Assembly: GCA_025361285.1 (NCBI GenBank)
Contig: JANYAP010000068.1
Location: 2,696 to 66,695 of the forward strand
Reading direction: 5' to 3'
DNA length: 64,000 nt
DNA from: Bacteroidales bacterium
GTDB taxonomy: Bacteria; Bacteroidota; Bacteroidia; Bacteroidales; JAAUTT01
The position numbers were made by a program, and so were the translations under genes. The notes under the pieces are model-generated. The model was not told where the DNA came from. It searched no databases and saw nothing but the letters and a program-made list of their open reading frames with translations. Below, piece by piece: positions 35,480 through 46,125 of the stretch (the stretch's first letter is position 1; the number at the start of each line of letters is the position of its first letter).

Positions 35480-36169
35480 ATGCAGAATAACCATAATACA
35501 TTGATTTTGAAACGATATCGCATAGTATTTATATTGCTGTGTGTTGTAATTATTCTTTGCTTTATGGTTTTTACCATTACCTGCAGCTCTCAACCCTCTA
35601 AATCAGACGATTTAAGTAAAGTTGAATATTCGCCTGAAACACCAACCTTATTTACCGATAATTTGCCTAAAGATCAAGATACATATCCTATACCATTACA
35701 GTTAACTCCTTATGAAACATCAGTTTCCGACAGTAACATACAGATAGACGACGAAATAAAAATAGACCCTAGGTTTTTAAAGGATTTTGTAATCCGTCCG
35801 ATTGAAATACTTGCAAAACCTAAAGAAGAGGAAAATACTTCTCCCAACAAGCTATTTGTTAAAGTTGAGGAAATGCCATTATTTAATGGAGGAAATGCTA
35901 ATTCGTTCAGGGATTGGATTCAGAAGAATATAAAATACCCTGAGATAGCTAGCGAAAATGGAATTAGCGGTAACGTGCTTATTTCGTTTACTATAAATAC
36001 AATAGGCGAAGTGTGCGAGGTAAAAGTGCTTCGTGGTGTAGATCCAACGCTTGATAAAGAGGCTGTTAGAGTAATTTCTTCTTCGCCACGGTGGACACCA
36101 GGAAAGCAAGGCGGGCGTATTGTAAAAGTACAATTTAACTTCCCTGTTAGATTTGTTTTACAAAATTGA
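35480..36169 (+). CDS. TonB-family energy-transducer C-terminal-domain protein
   Basis: N-terminal TM anchor, a Pro/Glu-containing linker, and the C-terminal 'VEEMPLFNGG...YPEIASENGISGNVLISFTINTIGEV..VKVLRGVDP.LDKEAVRVI...W.PG.Q.G..V.V.F..P..F'. Confidence 0.75.
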   Translation: MQNNHNTLILKRYRIVFILLCVVIILCFMVFTITCSSQPSKSDDLSKVEYSPETPTLFTDNLPKDQDTYPIPLQLTPYETSVSDSNIQIDDEIKIDPRFLKDFVIRPIEILAKPKEEENTSPNKLFVKVEEMPLFNGGNANSFRDWIQKNIKYPEIASENGISGNVLISFTINTIGEVCEVKVLRGVDPTLDKEAVRVISSSPRWTPGKQGGRIVKVQFNFPVRFVLQN

Positions 36170-36223
36170 CTATTTTCGAAACTTTAAGTTTCAATAATTT
36201 GTTGAGCAATCTAACAATTCTAT

Positions 36224-37417
36224 ATGTCAAATCTACATTCAACAGAAGTAGTACCAGAAAAAGCTATATTGATAGGAGTAATAAACCAGCAACAAGGTGA
36301 ACGTCAGGTAAATGACTATCTGTTAGAGCTAGCATTTTTAACCGAAACTGCGGGTGCGGTTCCAGTTAAAACATTTATTCAAAGGCTCGATTCTTCACAT
36401 CCGCGTACATTTGTTGGAACTGGTAAACTAACTGAAATTCAATTATATATTAAAGAAAACAAAATTGATTTGGTTATTTTCGACGACGAACTAACAGCCA
36501 CTCAACTTCGTAACCTCGAAAAGGCTCTTGAAGCGAAAATTATCGACCGAACAAATCTTATTCTTGACATCTTCGCAAAGCGAGCTAAAACGTCATACGC
36601 CAAAACTCAAGTCGAACTTGCTCAATATCAATATTTACTTCCTCGATTAACCCGCATGTGGACACATCTCGAACGTCAGCAAGGGGGTATTGGGATGCGG
36701 GGTCCGGGCGAATCGGAACTTGAAACCGACCGAAGGATTATTCGCGATAAAATCGACGACTTGAAAGAAGACCTCAAACGTATTGACAGACAGATGTCAA
36801 CGCAACGAAAAGGGCGCGGAAACATTGTTAGGGTTGCATTGGTTGGTTATACCAATGTTGGTAAATCGACCATAATGAACATGTTAAGTAAATCGGACGT
36901 TTTTGCCGAAAACAAGTTGTTTGCAACGCTCGACACTACTGTACGAAAGGTTGTAATAGGTAATCTTCCGTTTTTACTATCCGATACGGTTGGGTTTATT
37001 CGCAAATTGCCACATCAGTTGGTGGAATCGTTTAAATCGACATTAGACGAGGTTAGGGAAGCTGATATTCTTTTGCATATAGCCGACATCTCGCACCCCG
37101 ATTTTGAAGATCAAATTGCGGTTGTTAATCAAACACTTGCTGACTTAAAGGCGACAAATAAAAAAATTATTTTGGTTTTTAACAAGGTTGATGCCTATAC
37201 ATACACCGCCAAGGACGATGACGACCTTACTCCAATAACTAAAGAAAATTTATCGTTAGACGACTTGAAACAATTGTGGACGAACAAACTTGACAACCAG
37301 TCGTTATTTATTTCGGCAATAGAAAAAACAAATATCGAAGAGCTACGAAATACACTTTACGAGGAGGCTAAAAAGATTCATATTCAGCGTTATCCCGGCG
37401 AGGTGTTTTTGTATTAG
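36224..37417 (+). CDS. hflX: GTPase HflX
   Basis: '[12 protein letters not shown]' (G1), 'DTVGFI' (G3), 'NKVD' (G4), and the HflX N-domain '[29 protein letters not shown]'. Confidence 0.9.
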   Translation: MSNLHSTEVVPEKAILIGVINQQQGERQVNDYLLELAFLTETAGAVPVKTFIQRLDSSHPRTFVGTGKLTEIQLYIKENKIDLVIFDDELTATQLRNLEKALEAKIIDRTNLILDIFAKRAKTSYAKTQVELAQYQYLLPRLTRMWTHLERQQGGIGMRGPGESELETDRRIIRDKIDDLKEDLKRIDRQMSTQRKGRGNIVRVALVGYTNVGKSTIMNMLSKSDVFAENKLFATLDTTVRKVVIGNLPFLLSDTVGFIRKLPHQLVESFKSTLDEVREADILLHIADISHPDFEDQIAVVNQTLADLKATNKKIILVFNKVDAYTYTAKDDDDLTPITKENLSLDDLKQLWTNKLDNQSLFISAIEKTNIEELRNTLYEEAKKIHIQRYPGEVFLY

Positions 37418-37526
37418 TTCATTACAAAATATTTATTTGGTTTATTCCTTTATTCTCTATATATTTATATAAGCTTATTAGGATGGTTTATACGAACGTC
37501 CTGTTTGTGAAAGCATAAGTTAATTA

Positions 37527-37649
37527 AGGAATGTGTCGAAAATAAGTTCCTACAAGGCATGATAAAATTTTAAACCGCAGCTTACTTAAGTATGTGAGGA
37601 TTTAAAATTTCTCAACAACGCAGTAGGAGCTTATTTAATACATATTACT
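37527..37649 (-). mobile_element. ~123-bp palindromic MITE-like element, copy B (inverted relative to copy A)
   Basis: The reverse complement aligns base by base with 35172-35295, with about 9 substitutions in the 117-nt core. Confidence 0.7.
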
Positions 37650-37673
37650 AAGTAAAATCTTAAATTTATCTTT

Positions 37674-38162
37674 ATGATGGACAAGCAACCCGCTCTCACA
37701 ATTTTTATTATCGAAGATGCTGAGTTTTATAGTACGCTAATTGTTAATTATTTAAAATCTAAAGGGTACGGCAGTATTTATTCATTTTTAACAGGACAGG
37801 AGTGTCTTTTGAAATTGGAAGAAATGCGCCCTGATATTGTAATTATGGATTATGAATTGCCTGGAATGAATGGTTTAGATGCCATGAGGGCAATAAAGGC
37901 TCGTCATCCATTATGCGAAGTTATTTTTCTATCGGGTCAAACCGACTTGAAAGTTGCCTTACGAATATTACGCGAAGGTGCTTACGATTATATTATGAAG
38001 GATACGCATGCCAAGGAAAACCTATTGTTTAAGGTCGAAAAAATTGCAAACCTTGTTAAGGAAGCAAAAGAGAAACGCGTTTTACGAATCGGAACTTGGA
38101 TTGTATTTGGAGTCTTGTTCTTAACTTGGCTTATTTTGTATTTAATACCTAAATTCTTATAA
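37674..38162 (+). CDS. single-domain response-regulator receiver with a C-terminal transmembrane anchor
   Basis: 'IIEDAEFY...PDIVIMDYELPGMNGLD...IFLSGQTD...K' is the REC signature. The last ~25 aa, 'IGTWIVFGVLFLTWLILYLIP', are hydrophobic. Confidence 0.8.
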   Translation: MMDKQPALTIFIIEDAEFYSTLIVNYLKSKGYGSIYSFLTGQECLLKLEEMRPDIVIMDYELPGMNGLDAMRAIKARHPLCEVIFLSGQTDLKVALRILREGAYDYIMKDTHAKENLLFKVEKIANLVKEAKEKRVLRIGTWIVFGVLFLTWLILYLIPKFL

Positions 38163-38181
38163 AAGAACTAATTAGTAAAAT

Positions 38182-38238
38182 AAAAGGTAAAGTATTGAAA
38201 TAACCCTAACATAGGTTGCTCAACTCTTTACCTTTTTT
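38182..38238. terminator. hairpin between convergent genes (10-bp stem, large loop, T-run)
   Basis: AAAGGTAAAG ... CTTTACCTTT followed by TTTTGTTTTT. The loop of about 33 nt lowers confidence. Confidence 0.4.
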
Positions 38239-38242
38239 GTTT

Positions 38243-39250
38243 TTATAGCATTTTGTTTTTAATCATATATTCGGCAATTTGAACGGCATTTAACGCTGCG
38301 CCTTTCTTTATCTGATCGCCAACGCACCAGAATGTCATACCTTTCGGATTGGCAATATCCTTACGCAAACGACCAACAAACACAGGGTCTTGATCGGCAA
38401 CAAACAATGGCATTGGATATTTGCTAGTCTTTGGATCGTCCTCAACTACCAAACCATCAGCTTTTTGCATTGCTGCGCGCACAGCTTCAACCGAAAGTTC
38501 CTTTTCAGTTTCGGCCCAAATTACCTCCGAATGTGCACGATATACCGGAACCCGCACTGTTGTAGCGCTTACCATCATATCGGAATGCATAATTTTACGT
38601 GTTTCGTAATGCATTTTCATTTCCTCCTTAGTGTAATCGTTGTCGGTAAAAACATCAATTTGCGGAATGAGATTAAATGCTAGCTGATATTTAAACTTAT
38701 CAACTTTAACAGGGTCGTTACCAATTACTTGCTTAATCTGATCTTCGAGTTCCTGCATTGCTGCAGCACCTGCTCCACTAGCTGCCTGATAAGTAGCTGC
38801 ATGAATGCGAGTTATAGGCGAAAGATCGTGCATCGGTTTCAATGCAACCACCATAATTATTGTTGAACAGTTGGGGTTTGCAATTATATTACGAGGACGA
38901 TTTTTGCAATCGAGTGGGTTAACTTCCGGAACAATCAACGGAACATCGGCGTCCATGCGGAAAGCGCTCGAATTATCAATCATTACAGCACCGTATTTTG
39001 TAATGTCGGTAGCAAATTCCTTCGATATACTAGCTCCGGCCGATGTTAAAGCAATGTCGATACCTTTAAAATCATCGTTATGTTTAAGTTCTTTAACCGT
39101 AATGGTTTTACCTTTAAAATTATAGGTGGTTCCTGCACTTCGCGACGATCCAAACAGAACCAGTTCATCGGCGGGAAAATTTCTTTCTGCTAGTACCTTC
39201 AGGAATTCCTGCCCTACAGCCCCGCTAGTTCCTACTACTGCAATTTTCAT
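38243..39250 (-). CDS. asd: aspartate-semialdehyde dehydrogenase
   Basis: '[15 protein letters not shown]', the active-site region 'IANPNCSTI', and 335 aa in length. Confidence 0.9.
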   Translation of the reverse strand: MKIAVVGTSGAVGQEFLKVLAERNFPADELVLFGSSRSAGTTYNFKGKTITVKELKHNDDFKGIDIALTSAGASISKEFATDITKYGAVMIDNSSAFRMDADVPLIVPEVNPLDCKNRPRNIIANPNCSTIIMVVALKPMHDLSPITRIHAATYQAASGAGAAAMQELEDQIKQVIGNDPVKVDKFKYQLAFNLIPQIDVFTDNDYTKEEMKMHYETRKIMHSDMMVSATTVRVPVYRAHSEVIWAETEKELSVEAVRAAMQKADGLVVEDDPKTSKYPMPLFVADQDPVFVGRLRKDIANPKGMTFWCVGDQIKKGAALNAVQIAEYMIKNKML

Positions 39251-39478
39251 GACTTTATAGTTTATGTTAATTTGTAAAATGCAAAATTAGTACATTTACT
39301 ATAAAATCTGTTTAATAACATCATTTTTTTGTTTTCATTTTCTAAATTAGAAACAATTTAGTTAATTTAACAAAATATATGTAAAACACAGATTGATCGA
39401 CTTATTAGTTACCTTTTATATATTGTATTGTATTTATATAAGTTATTATAGTATTGATTATTAGCTAACATCTGGAAC

Positions 39479-42073
39479 ATGGCTACACGTTTATTATTCT
39501 CCTGCCTGCTTTTTTTATCTTTAGAAGTTACTGCCCAATGGAATGATAATTTCGGCGATAGCGATTTTAAAGCAAACCCCGTATGGACTGGCGATACATC
39601 GAAGTTTATTGTTAACGATGCGTTTGAATTGCAGTTAAACGATACAATTGCTGGCATGTCGTATTTATCTGTTCCTTCGAGTGTTGAAACAAAGGCCTCG
39701 TGGAAGTTTTTGGTAAAGATGGGGTTTAACCCTTCTGCCGATAATTATGCGAAGGTTTACCTTATGTCGGATAAAGCGGATTTATCGGGTTCGCTTAGTG
39801 GCTATTTTTTGCGCATTGGATATACTAACGACGAACTTTGCTTGTATAGGCAGGATGGTACTAAAGAAACTCTTATTGCAAACGGTAGAGATAAGGTTTT
39901 TAATACAGCTACTGTAAACGCGAGCATTATGGTAACGCGCTCTGAACAAGGAGAATGGAATTTATTTTGCGATACTTTGGGAGGCCTAAATTATAGTCTT
40001 TCGGCTACGTGTACCGACAATACTATTTTGAAATCGGAATATTTTGGAGTTCGCTGCATTTATAGTGTTACTCGAGCGAAAAAAATATTCTTCGACGATT
40101 TTGATATTACAGGTGAGGTGTTTACCGATGGCGTAAAACCAACTATAGATTCTATTGAGATAATCGACGAAAAACATGCTGCCATTTCATTTTCCGAACC
40201 AATCGATTCAACTGCTGCAGTATTAACGGGTAACTATTTAATTAACAGTAACACAGTTACAAAAGTTGTATATAATAACACTTCAAAGACCGATATTGAA
40301 CTGACATTTTTAAATAAGTTTGCTTGTGAACAATATAATGAATTAAATATCAGTAACATAACCGATTTGTTTGGACTTAAAATGAGAGACACAACTCTTA
40401 TCTTTCGGTACTGCACACCCCAAACCAACGACATTGTATTTAACGAAATTATGGTAAAGCCCATTACCGTGAGAGGCTTGCCCAATGCTGAGTATATCGA
40501 GATTTATAACCGAACTAAAAACACATTCGATATTACTGGTTATAAGCTAATTATAGGTGCTTACAGCTATACATTTCCAGAAGTGAAATTTTCGGGGGAA
40601 AGTTATCTCTTACTATCTTCGAAGACTAATCAACCTGTACTTGCTCAATTCGGAACTACGCTGGGGCTATATACTTCGTCATCAGCACTCACCAACACGC
40701 TTGGCAAACTTCAGCTCAAAAATAAATCTGGCGCACTTATCACTCAACTTAATTACAGCGATGCTTGGTACAACAACGATTTTAAAGCTCAAGAAGGCGG
40801 ATGGTCGCTTGAGCAAATCGACCCTTGGAATCCGTGCGGAGGTATTATTAATTGGAGCGCTTCAAACGCAAACAAAGGAGGAACTCCTGGCTCTGTAAAC
40901 AGCATCGCGTCTAGTAATCCCGATTTAACGGCACCCGAAATTATTCACATAAACGTAATTTCGGCCAATCAAATTGATGTGTATTTCTCCGAACCGCTTG
41001 ATAGTGTTGTTGCTACAAATAAAAATACCTATCAAGCCTTCCCAACAATTGGGCATCCTACCAAAGCAGTTATAGTCGATCAGTTTTCCTCAACGGTGCG
41101 CTTAACTTTTGGCGTTCCTTTGGTTAAAGATAAAACCTATTCGTTGAAGGTTTTGAAGAATGTAACTGATTGTGTTGGCAATACGATGTCGCAGGAAGCT
41201 ACTCTTGCTTTCGCATATTCGTCGTTGCCCGATAGCGCCGATATTGTTATTAACGAAGTGTTATTCAATGCTAAAACTGGAGGCGCCGATTACATTGAGC
41301 TGTACAACCGATCGGCTAAAATTATCAACTTCCGTAATTTACTTGTTGGTTTAAAGGAAAATGGGCTGAATGTTGGACTTTGTCGAGTAAACGATAACGG
41401 AGGAATGTTCTATCCAAGTTCGTTTTTATTAATTTCGACTGATATTGAAAAGGTTAAGCCGTTTTATTCTGTGCACGACGAAAAGAGTTTGCTTACTGTG
41501 AAGGACTTACCTACGCTTAACGACAAGGCGGCAACCATTGTTTTGCTTAACGACACTTTCGGAATGGTGGATGAATTTTCGTATTCCGATGCAATGCATG
41601 TGGCTACGTTAAAAAATACCGAGGGCATAGCGCTTGAACGCGTAAATCCCTCGAAAATAACCTCTTTTCCTGGCAACTGGCATTCGGCGGCCGAAACAGC
41701 GGGCTATGGAACGCCCGGCTACGTAAATTCACAATATGTTGCCGATTCAATAATTACCTCGGAAATAAGCATTACCGATGAACTATTTAGTCCCAATAAC
41801 GACGGCTCTAAGGATATTCTTTCAATCTCATACAAATTTACCAAAACCGATTGCAGGGTTCACGTCCGTATTTTTGATGTTTCGGGACGAATTGTTAAGA
41901 CGTTGCTAAACAATCAGTTACTTGGTGCTGAGGGCTCGTTTAGCTGGGACGGAACTAACGATGCTGGCGATATGTGTACCGTTGGCTTGTACATAATTTA
42001 TGTAAGAGCTGTGTTTGGCGACGGAAGCGTGAGCGAATACAAAAAATCGTGCGTTTTGGTTACAACGAGGTAA
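39479..42073 (+). CDS. secreted lamin-tail-domain (LTD) x2 protein with a FlgD-Ig-like C-terminal domain
   Basis: Signal peptide present. 'IVFNEIMVKP...EYIEIYNRT' and 'IVINEVLFNA..GGADYIELYNRS' are LTD motifs. The C-terminus reads 'FSPNNDGSKDIL...VRIFDVSGRIVKTL'. Confidence 0.75.
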   Translation: MATRLLFSCLLFLSLEVTAQWNDNFGDSDFKANPVWTGDTSKFIVNDAFELQLNDTIAGMSYLSVPSSVETKASWKFLVKMGFNPSADNYAKVYLMSDKADLSGSLSGYFLRIGYTNDELCLYRQDGTKETLIANGRDKVFNTATVNASIMVTRSEQGEWNLFCDTLGGLNYSLSATCTDNTILKSEYFGVRCIYSVTRAKKIFFDDFDITGEVFTDGVKPTIDSIEIIDEKHAAISFSEPIDSTAAVLTGNYLINSNTVTKVVYNNTSKTDIELTFLNKFACEQYNELNISNITDLFGLKMRDTTLIFRYCTPQTNDIVFNEIMVKPITVRGLPNAEYIEIYNRTKNTFDITGYKLIIGAYSYTFPEVKFSGESYLLLSSKTNQPVLAQFGTTLGLYTSSSALTNTLGKLQLKNKSGALITQLNYSDAWYNNDFKAQEGGWSLEQIDPWNPCGGIINWSASNANKGGTPGSVNSIASSNPDLTAPEIIHINVISANQIDVYFSEPLDSVVATNKNTYQAFPTIGHPTKAVIVDQFSSTVRLTFGVPLVKDKTYSLKVLKNVTDCVGNTMSQEATLAFAYSSLPDSADIVINEVLFNAKTGGADYIELYNRSAKIINFRNLLVGLKENGLNVGLCRVNDNGGMFYPSSFLLISTDIEKVKPFYSVHDEKSLLTVKDLPTLNDKAATIVLLNDTFGMVDEFSYSDAMHVATLKNTEGIALERVNPSKITSFPGNWHSAAETAGYGTPGYVNSQYVADSIITSEISITDELFSPNNDGSKDILSISYKFTKTDCRVHVRIFDVSGRIVKTLLNNQLLGAEGSFSWDGTNDAGDMCTVGLYIIYVRAVFGDGSVSEYKKSCVLVTTR

Positions 42074-42869
42074 CGAGTTTTTTAATTAGCTGTGTCATTG
42101 AAGGTTCGGCTTTTTCGGCTACGGCTACAATTTCGGCAAGCGAAACCTTATGAATTTTGCCAGGAACGCCCAAATCGGTTATTATTGAAATAGCAAAAGT
42201 TGGAATATCCATTTGCCGCGCCACTATTACCTCTGGAACGGTTGACATTCCTACAGTGTCGGCTCCAATAATTCTCAGATAGCGATATTCGGCAGGCGTT
42301 TCGAGCGATGGTCCAGTAACAGCTGCATACGAACCCACTTGAACCTTAATACCCAACTGTTTTGCAATGCTTTTAGCTTTTTCAATCATCGCAATATCGT
42401 ATGGCTCACTCATATCGGGAAATCGTGGTCCTAATTCGGAATAGTTCTTTCCTATTAAAGGGTTGGATAACAGACTTATATGATCGTTCAAAATCATTAA
42501 ATCGCCAATTTCGTAATCGGGGTTCAATCCTCCGCTAGCGTTCGACAGAAAAAGAGCTTTTATGCCCAGCATTTTCATTACCCTAACCGGAAACGTAACT
42601 TGCTCCATTGTATAGCCTTCGTAGAAATGGAAGCGGCCTTGCATTGCCACTACTTTTTTTCCGCCAAGTAATCCAAAAATTAATTTCCCGTGATGGCTTT
42701 CAACAGTAGAAACCGGAAAGTTTGGAATATCCTGATATTCAATTACAATTTCGGCTTCTATTTCGGTAGCCAAACCACCAAGGCCTGTGCCAAGTATAAT
42801 GCCAAAATCGGGTAAAAAGCTGGTTTTACTTTTTATATAAGATACTGTTTCTGCTATTGTTTTTAACAT
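42060..42869 (-). CDS. purine nucleoside phosphorylase (PNP family I, inosine/guanosine type)
   Basis: 'GIILGTGLGGLA', 'HHGKLIFG..GGKKVVAMQGRFHFYEGY' and 'GADTVGMSTVPE'. Confidence 0.85.
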   Translation of the reverse strand: MLKTIAETVSYIKSKTSFLPDFGIILGTGLGGLATEIEAEIVIEYQDIPNFPVSTVESHHGKLIFGLLGGKKVVAMQGRFHFYEGYTMEQVTFPVRVMKMLGIKALFLSNASGGLNPDYEIGDLMILNDHISLLSNPLIGKNYSELGPRFPDMSEPYDIAMIEKAKSIAKQLGIKVQVGSYAAVTGPSLETPAEYRYLRIIGADTVGMSTVPEVIVARQMDIPTFAISIITDLGVPGKIHKVSLAEIVAVAEKAEPSMTQLIKKLVTSL

Positions 42870-43920
42870 ATTGTTGAATTTGATGGTTAAATTGTTCTTC
42901 TTCGTTCGATAAGAATGCCATTTTTATTGGCATATAGTACCATGCCTCAGGTAAAATATCGGTATCGGCACTATATGGCAAAAGCCGTGCAGCATCTTTT
43001 TCGGTGGTTATAATCACTTTTTCATCGGTATCAATAGAACTGTACCGAGCCAAAATAGTTGATATGTCGTCTTTTGTAAATAAGTGATGATCGGGATATT
43101 GCATCGAAACCACTTCTTTATAACTATCTGATAATTCAGCCTTTAAAAGTGACGGCTCGGCGATACCAGTTACCAATAGTACGGTTGTATTTTTTTTAAT
43201 GGTATTTAACCTGTTAGTTAATAGCGGATTACCGAATACAGGCGTTAACTCGCCATACGAAATAGAAGTAAAATAAACGGTTTGGTGTGGTTGTGCATTT
43301 ATATTGTGCTGAAAAAGACGCTTTTCCATAGGCGTTATATTGCGCGGCGTTTTAGATACTACAATAATATCGGCACGCTTTTTTTCCGACGACTTTTCGC
43401 GTAAGCGACCATAAGGCATTAGCCAGTCGTTGTTTAGCGGTCGGGTATAATCTATTAAAAGAATATTAATACCAGGCGTTACCCATCTATGTTGATAAGC
43501 ATCATCGAGCAGCACTATGTCCAAATCTGGTATATTTTCTAGGAGTTTATGAATACCATTTACCCGTTTATTGTCAACGGCAACTATTAATTCGGGGAAT
43601 TTACGCTTTATTTGCAATGGTTCATCGCCAATCATTTCGGAAGTAGATTGTTCGGTTGCTACGGTAAAATCGTGAGTTTTTCTTTTATATCCGCGACTCA
43701 AAAATGCTATTTTATAATCGTCCTTTAAAAGCCTTATTAATACCTCGGTATGAGGTGTTTTGCCTGTTCCGCCTACTGTAATATTTCCTACCGATATAAC
43801 TGGTATTTGAAATTCCTCCGACTTAAAAACCTTAAAGTCGAAAAGTTTATTCCTGAAAAAAACTACAAAGCCATATATTAGGGCAACTGGGAAAAGCAAT
43901 ATTTTAATCGCTGATTTCAT
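42826..43920 (-). CDS. lpxK: tetraacyldisaccharide 4'-kinase
   Basis: N-terminal TM helix and P-loop 'VGNITVGGTGKTPHTE', 364 aa. Confidence 0.85.
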   Translation of the reverse strand: MKSAIKILLFPVALIYGFVVFFRNKLFDFKVFKSEEFQIPVISVGNITVGGTGKTPHTEVLIRLLKDDYKIAFLSRGYKRKTHDFTVATEQSTSEMIGDEPLQIKRKFPELIVAVDNKRVNGIHKLLENIPDLDIVLLDDAYQHRWVTPGINILLIDYTRPLNNDWLMPYGRLREKSSEKKRADIIVVSKTPRNITPMEKRLFQHNINAQPHQTVYFTSISYGELTPVFGNPLLTNRLNTIKKNTTVLLVTGIAEPSLLKAELSDSYKEVVSMQYPDHHLFTKDDISTILARYSSIDTDEKVIITTEKDAARLLPYSADTDILPEAWYYMPIKMAFLSNEEEQFNHQIQQYVKNNSRNSILYKK

Positions 43921-44094
43921 TTGTGTGTTTTCAATTTAAAAAATAACCAATTTTGAAGGCTAAATATTTGAATATTAATAAGTTTAGTGCAAAACTTAAA
44001 CAAACCGTGAGTTTAAGCGAATAGATGATAATTGGTTTTTTCAGACTTTTTGCATAAGCCTAAAAACCTTTAGTCTAAACCGCTAATCACCTAC

Positions 44095-45858
44095 CTAATA
44101 AATATTTATCTCGCCAGGCATACGGGCAAGAATTCCCTGCCGACTTAAGGTGTTTTTAAGATTGTAGTAAATAGCCTTTTCGCTGCCTAGTTCGGAACTT
44201 ATTACCGAGGCTTTTATTTTTGCCGAAAAATCGTTCATTAGTAATGTTAGAGGGTCGTCCAGCTTAGGAAGATCTACAACGCGATAATCCTTCAAATGTG
44301 CTTTTGCGGCAGCAATTTCTATGGCTTTATCGAGTCCGCCAATTATGTCAACCAACCCTATTCGCTTGGCATCGGTGGCACTCCAAACCCTTCCTTGTCC
44401 AATAGAATCGACAGCTGTTTTGGTTAGCTTTCTACCATCGGCAACACGGCTTATAAATACGTCGTAAATATTCTCAACTTCTTGTTGTATAACCTCGCGT
44501 TCTTCGGGCAATAGTGGTCGGTATATCGATCCTATATCGGAATGAGTGTTTGTTTTGGCAACATCGGTGGTAATGCCCAGCTTTTTATTCAGAAAGTTTT
44601 TAGTGTTCAGCAGCACTCCAAAAACACCTATAGAACCAGTAATTGTGGTGGCATCGGCAACAATTGTGTCGGCAGCAGCGGCAATATAATATCCGCCCGA
44701 AGCGGCCACCGAGCCCATCGAAACTATTAGCGGTTTTGCTTTAGCTGCCAGACTTAGCTCGCGCCAAATAATATCGGAGGCTAGAGCACTTCCACCAGGC
44801 GAATTAATGCGAAGCACAATAGCTTTAATACTCGAATCCTGCCTAGCATCGCGAATGGCTTTCGAAAGCCCTTCGGAACCTATGGTTTCGTTATCGCCCA
44901 GCCCCATGCCAATTTCGCCACTAGCATAAACTAGAGCTATTTTATTTTTGCTGTATCCGCTTTTCGATTTAGGAACTTTATGGTACTTACTTAGAGTAAC
45001 AAATTCGAGCTTTTTCTCCGATTCTGCTCCCGAAAGTTTGGTAAGTAGGGCTAATACCTCATCTTTAAAGCGCACGCCATCAATAAGTTTATGTTCATAA
45101 GCTAGCTGGGCATTACGTATTACAAGCCCATCGGCTAGGCGGTTTAATTCGGTTTTGTCAACTTTACGTTTTTCGGAAACTCCATCGAGAATATGATTCC
45201 AAAAGTTTGACAATAAAGTAGTTAATTGTTCGCGATTAGCATCACTCATTTTATCGTTAGTTAAAGGCTCTATGGCACTTTTATACTTTCCGTGGCGAAT
45301 AATTTGCGGTTCCATATCGAGCTTTTCGAGTGCACCCTTAAAAAATAGTTGCTCGGAACGCAAGCCTATAAACGCCAAAGCGCCTTGCGGATTTAGAAAA
45401 ACGCTATCGGCCACCGAAGCCAGATAATACGAGCCGTGCGAATAGTAATCGGCATAGCTTATTATGAATTTCTTCGACGTTTTAAAGTCGATAAGTGCAT
45501 TTCGAATTTCTTCGATAGCTCCAAAACCAGCAGGTATAATGCTCAAATCGAGATAAATACCTCGAATGTTGGCATCGGTTTTTGCATGGCGTATATTTTT
45601 TAAAATATCGGTTAGCCCAATGGTTATGTTTGGCTTGAAATTAGCAAAATCGAAATTTTCGAACGGATTTTCCGACGATCTATCGGGTATTTCCTTGTCG
45701 AACTGCAGTTGTAATATGGAATTCGACTTAAGAGATACCTCTTTTTTAGTACTCGAAACTATTGCCCCAACAACCGCTAACATTATGAAAAACATTATTA
45801 ACGACGATAGCAAAACGCCTACAATTGATGCTAGTGTGAACTTTAGAAAACTTCTCAT
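44095..45858 (-). CDS. sppA: signal peptide peptidase SppA, 67K type
   Basis: 587 aa, N-terminal TM helix, duplicated ClpP-like halves ('NSPGGSALASD', 'ASGGYYIA'). Confidence 0.85.
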   Translation of the reverse strand: MRSFLKFTLASIVGVLLSSLIMFFIMLAVVGAIVSSTKKEVSLKSNSILQLQFDKEIPDRSSENPFENFDFANFKPNITIGLTDILKNIRHAKTDANIRGIYLDLSIIPAGFGAIEEIRNALIDFKTSKKFIISYADYYSHGSYYLASVADSVFLNPQGALAFIGLRSEQLFFKGALEKLDMEPQIIRHGKYKSAIEPLTNDKMSDANREQLTTLLSNFWNHILDGVSEKRKVDKTELNRLADGLVIRNAQLAYEHKLIDGVRFKDEVLALLTKLSGAESEKKLEFVTLSKYHKVPKSKSGYSKNKIALVYASGEIGMGLGDNETIGSEGLSKAIRDARQDSSIKAIVLRINSPGGSALASDIIWRELSLAAKAKPLIVSMGSVAASGGYYIAAAADTIVADATTITGSIGVFGVLLNTKNFLNKKLGITTDVAKTNTHSDIGSIYRPLLPEEREVIQQEVENIYDVFISRVADGRKLTKTAVDSIGQGRVWSATDAKRIGLVDIIGGLDKAIEIAAAKAHLKDYRVVDLPKLDDPLTLLMNDFSAKIKASVISSELGSEKAIYYNLKNTLSRQGILARMPGEINIY

Positions 45859-45893
45859 TTTATATGTTTTTTAGTAATTATTCGGGTTAATAG

Positions 45894-46007
45894 GTTGTAG
45901 GCTAGAGGCTGTAGGAACTTCGTTACAACCCATAAAACCGTGCTTTATACAAATTCAAAAAAATAATCTTAAACAGTTCTCATCGCAACCTAAAGCCTAC
46001 AGCCTGA
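45894..46007. repeat. heptamer-periodic tracts in inverted orientation (GTTGTAG GCTAGAG GCTGTAG ... CAACCTA AAGCCTA CAGCCTG)
   Basis: Tracts at 45894-45914 and 45987-46007. AGGCTGTAGG and CCTACAGCCT are perfect complements about 80 nt apart. Lies in the divergent sppA/folK promoter region. Confidence 0.6.
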
Positions 46008-46125
46008 AAAGTTATGTTTATACTTTAGCTAAAGTAACCAATATTTCGAATCCTTTTACTTTGTGTTTGCTTTTGCAATGTTATAAATATTTGTTCAATT
46101 TGCACTAATAAATTATACGCTATAA

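Noticed and set aside
35172-37649. Composite transposon or invertase-controlled switch formed by the two inverted 123-bp elements
   Set aside because: There is no transposase, integrase or invertase inside or next to the segment, and its cargo (tonB-like, hflX) is housekeeping. It is kept as a finding, but the mobile or invertible reading is not supported by the sequence alone.
42826-42869. 44-nt overlap between the lpxK 3' end and the purine nucleoside phosphorylase 5' end, as a possible frameshift or fusion
   Set aside because: Both proteins look full-length, with family-typical termini. The overlap is in different frames and is compatible with translational coupling.
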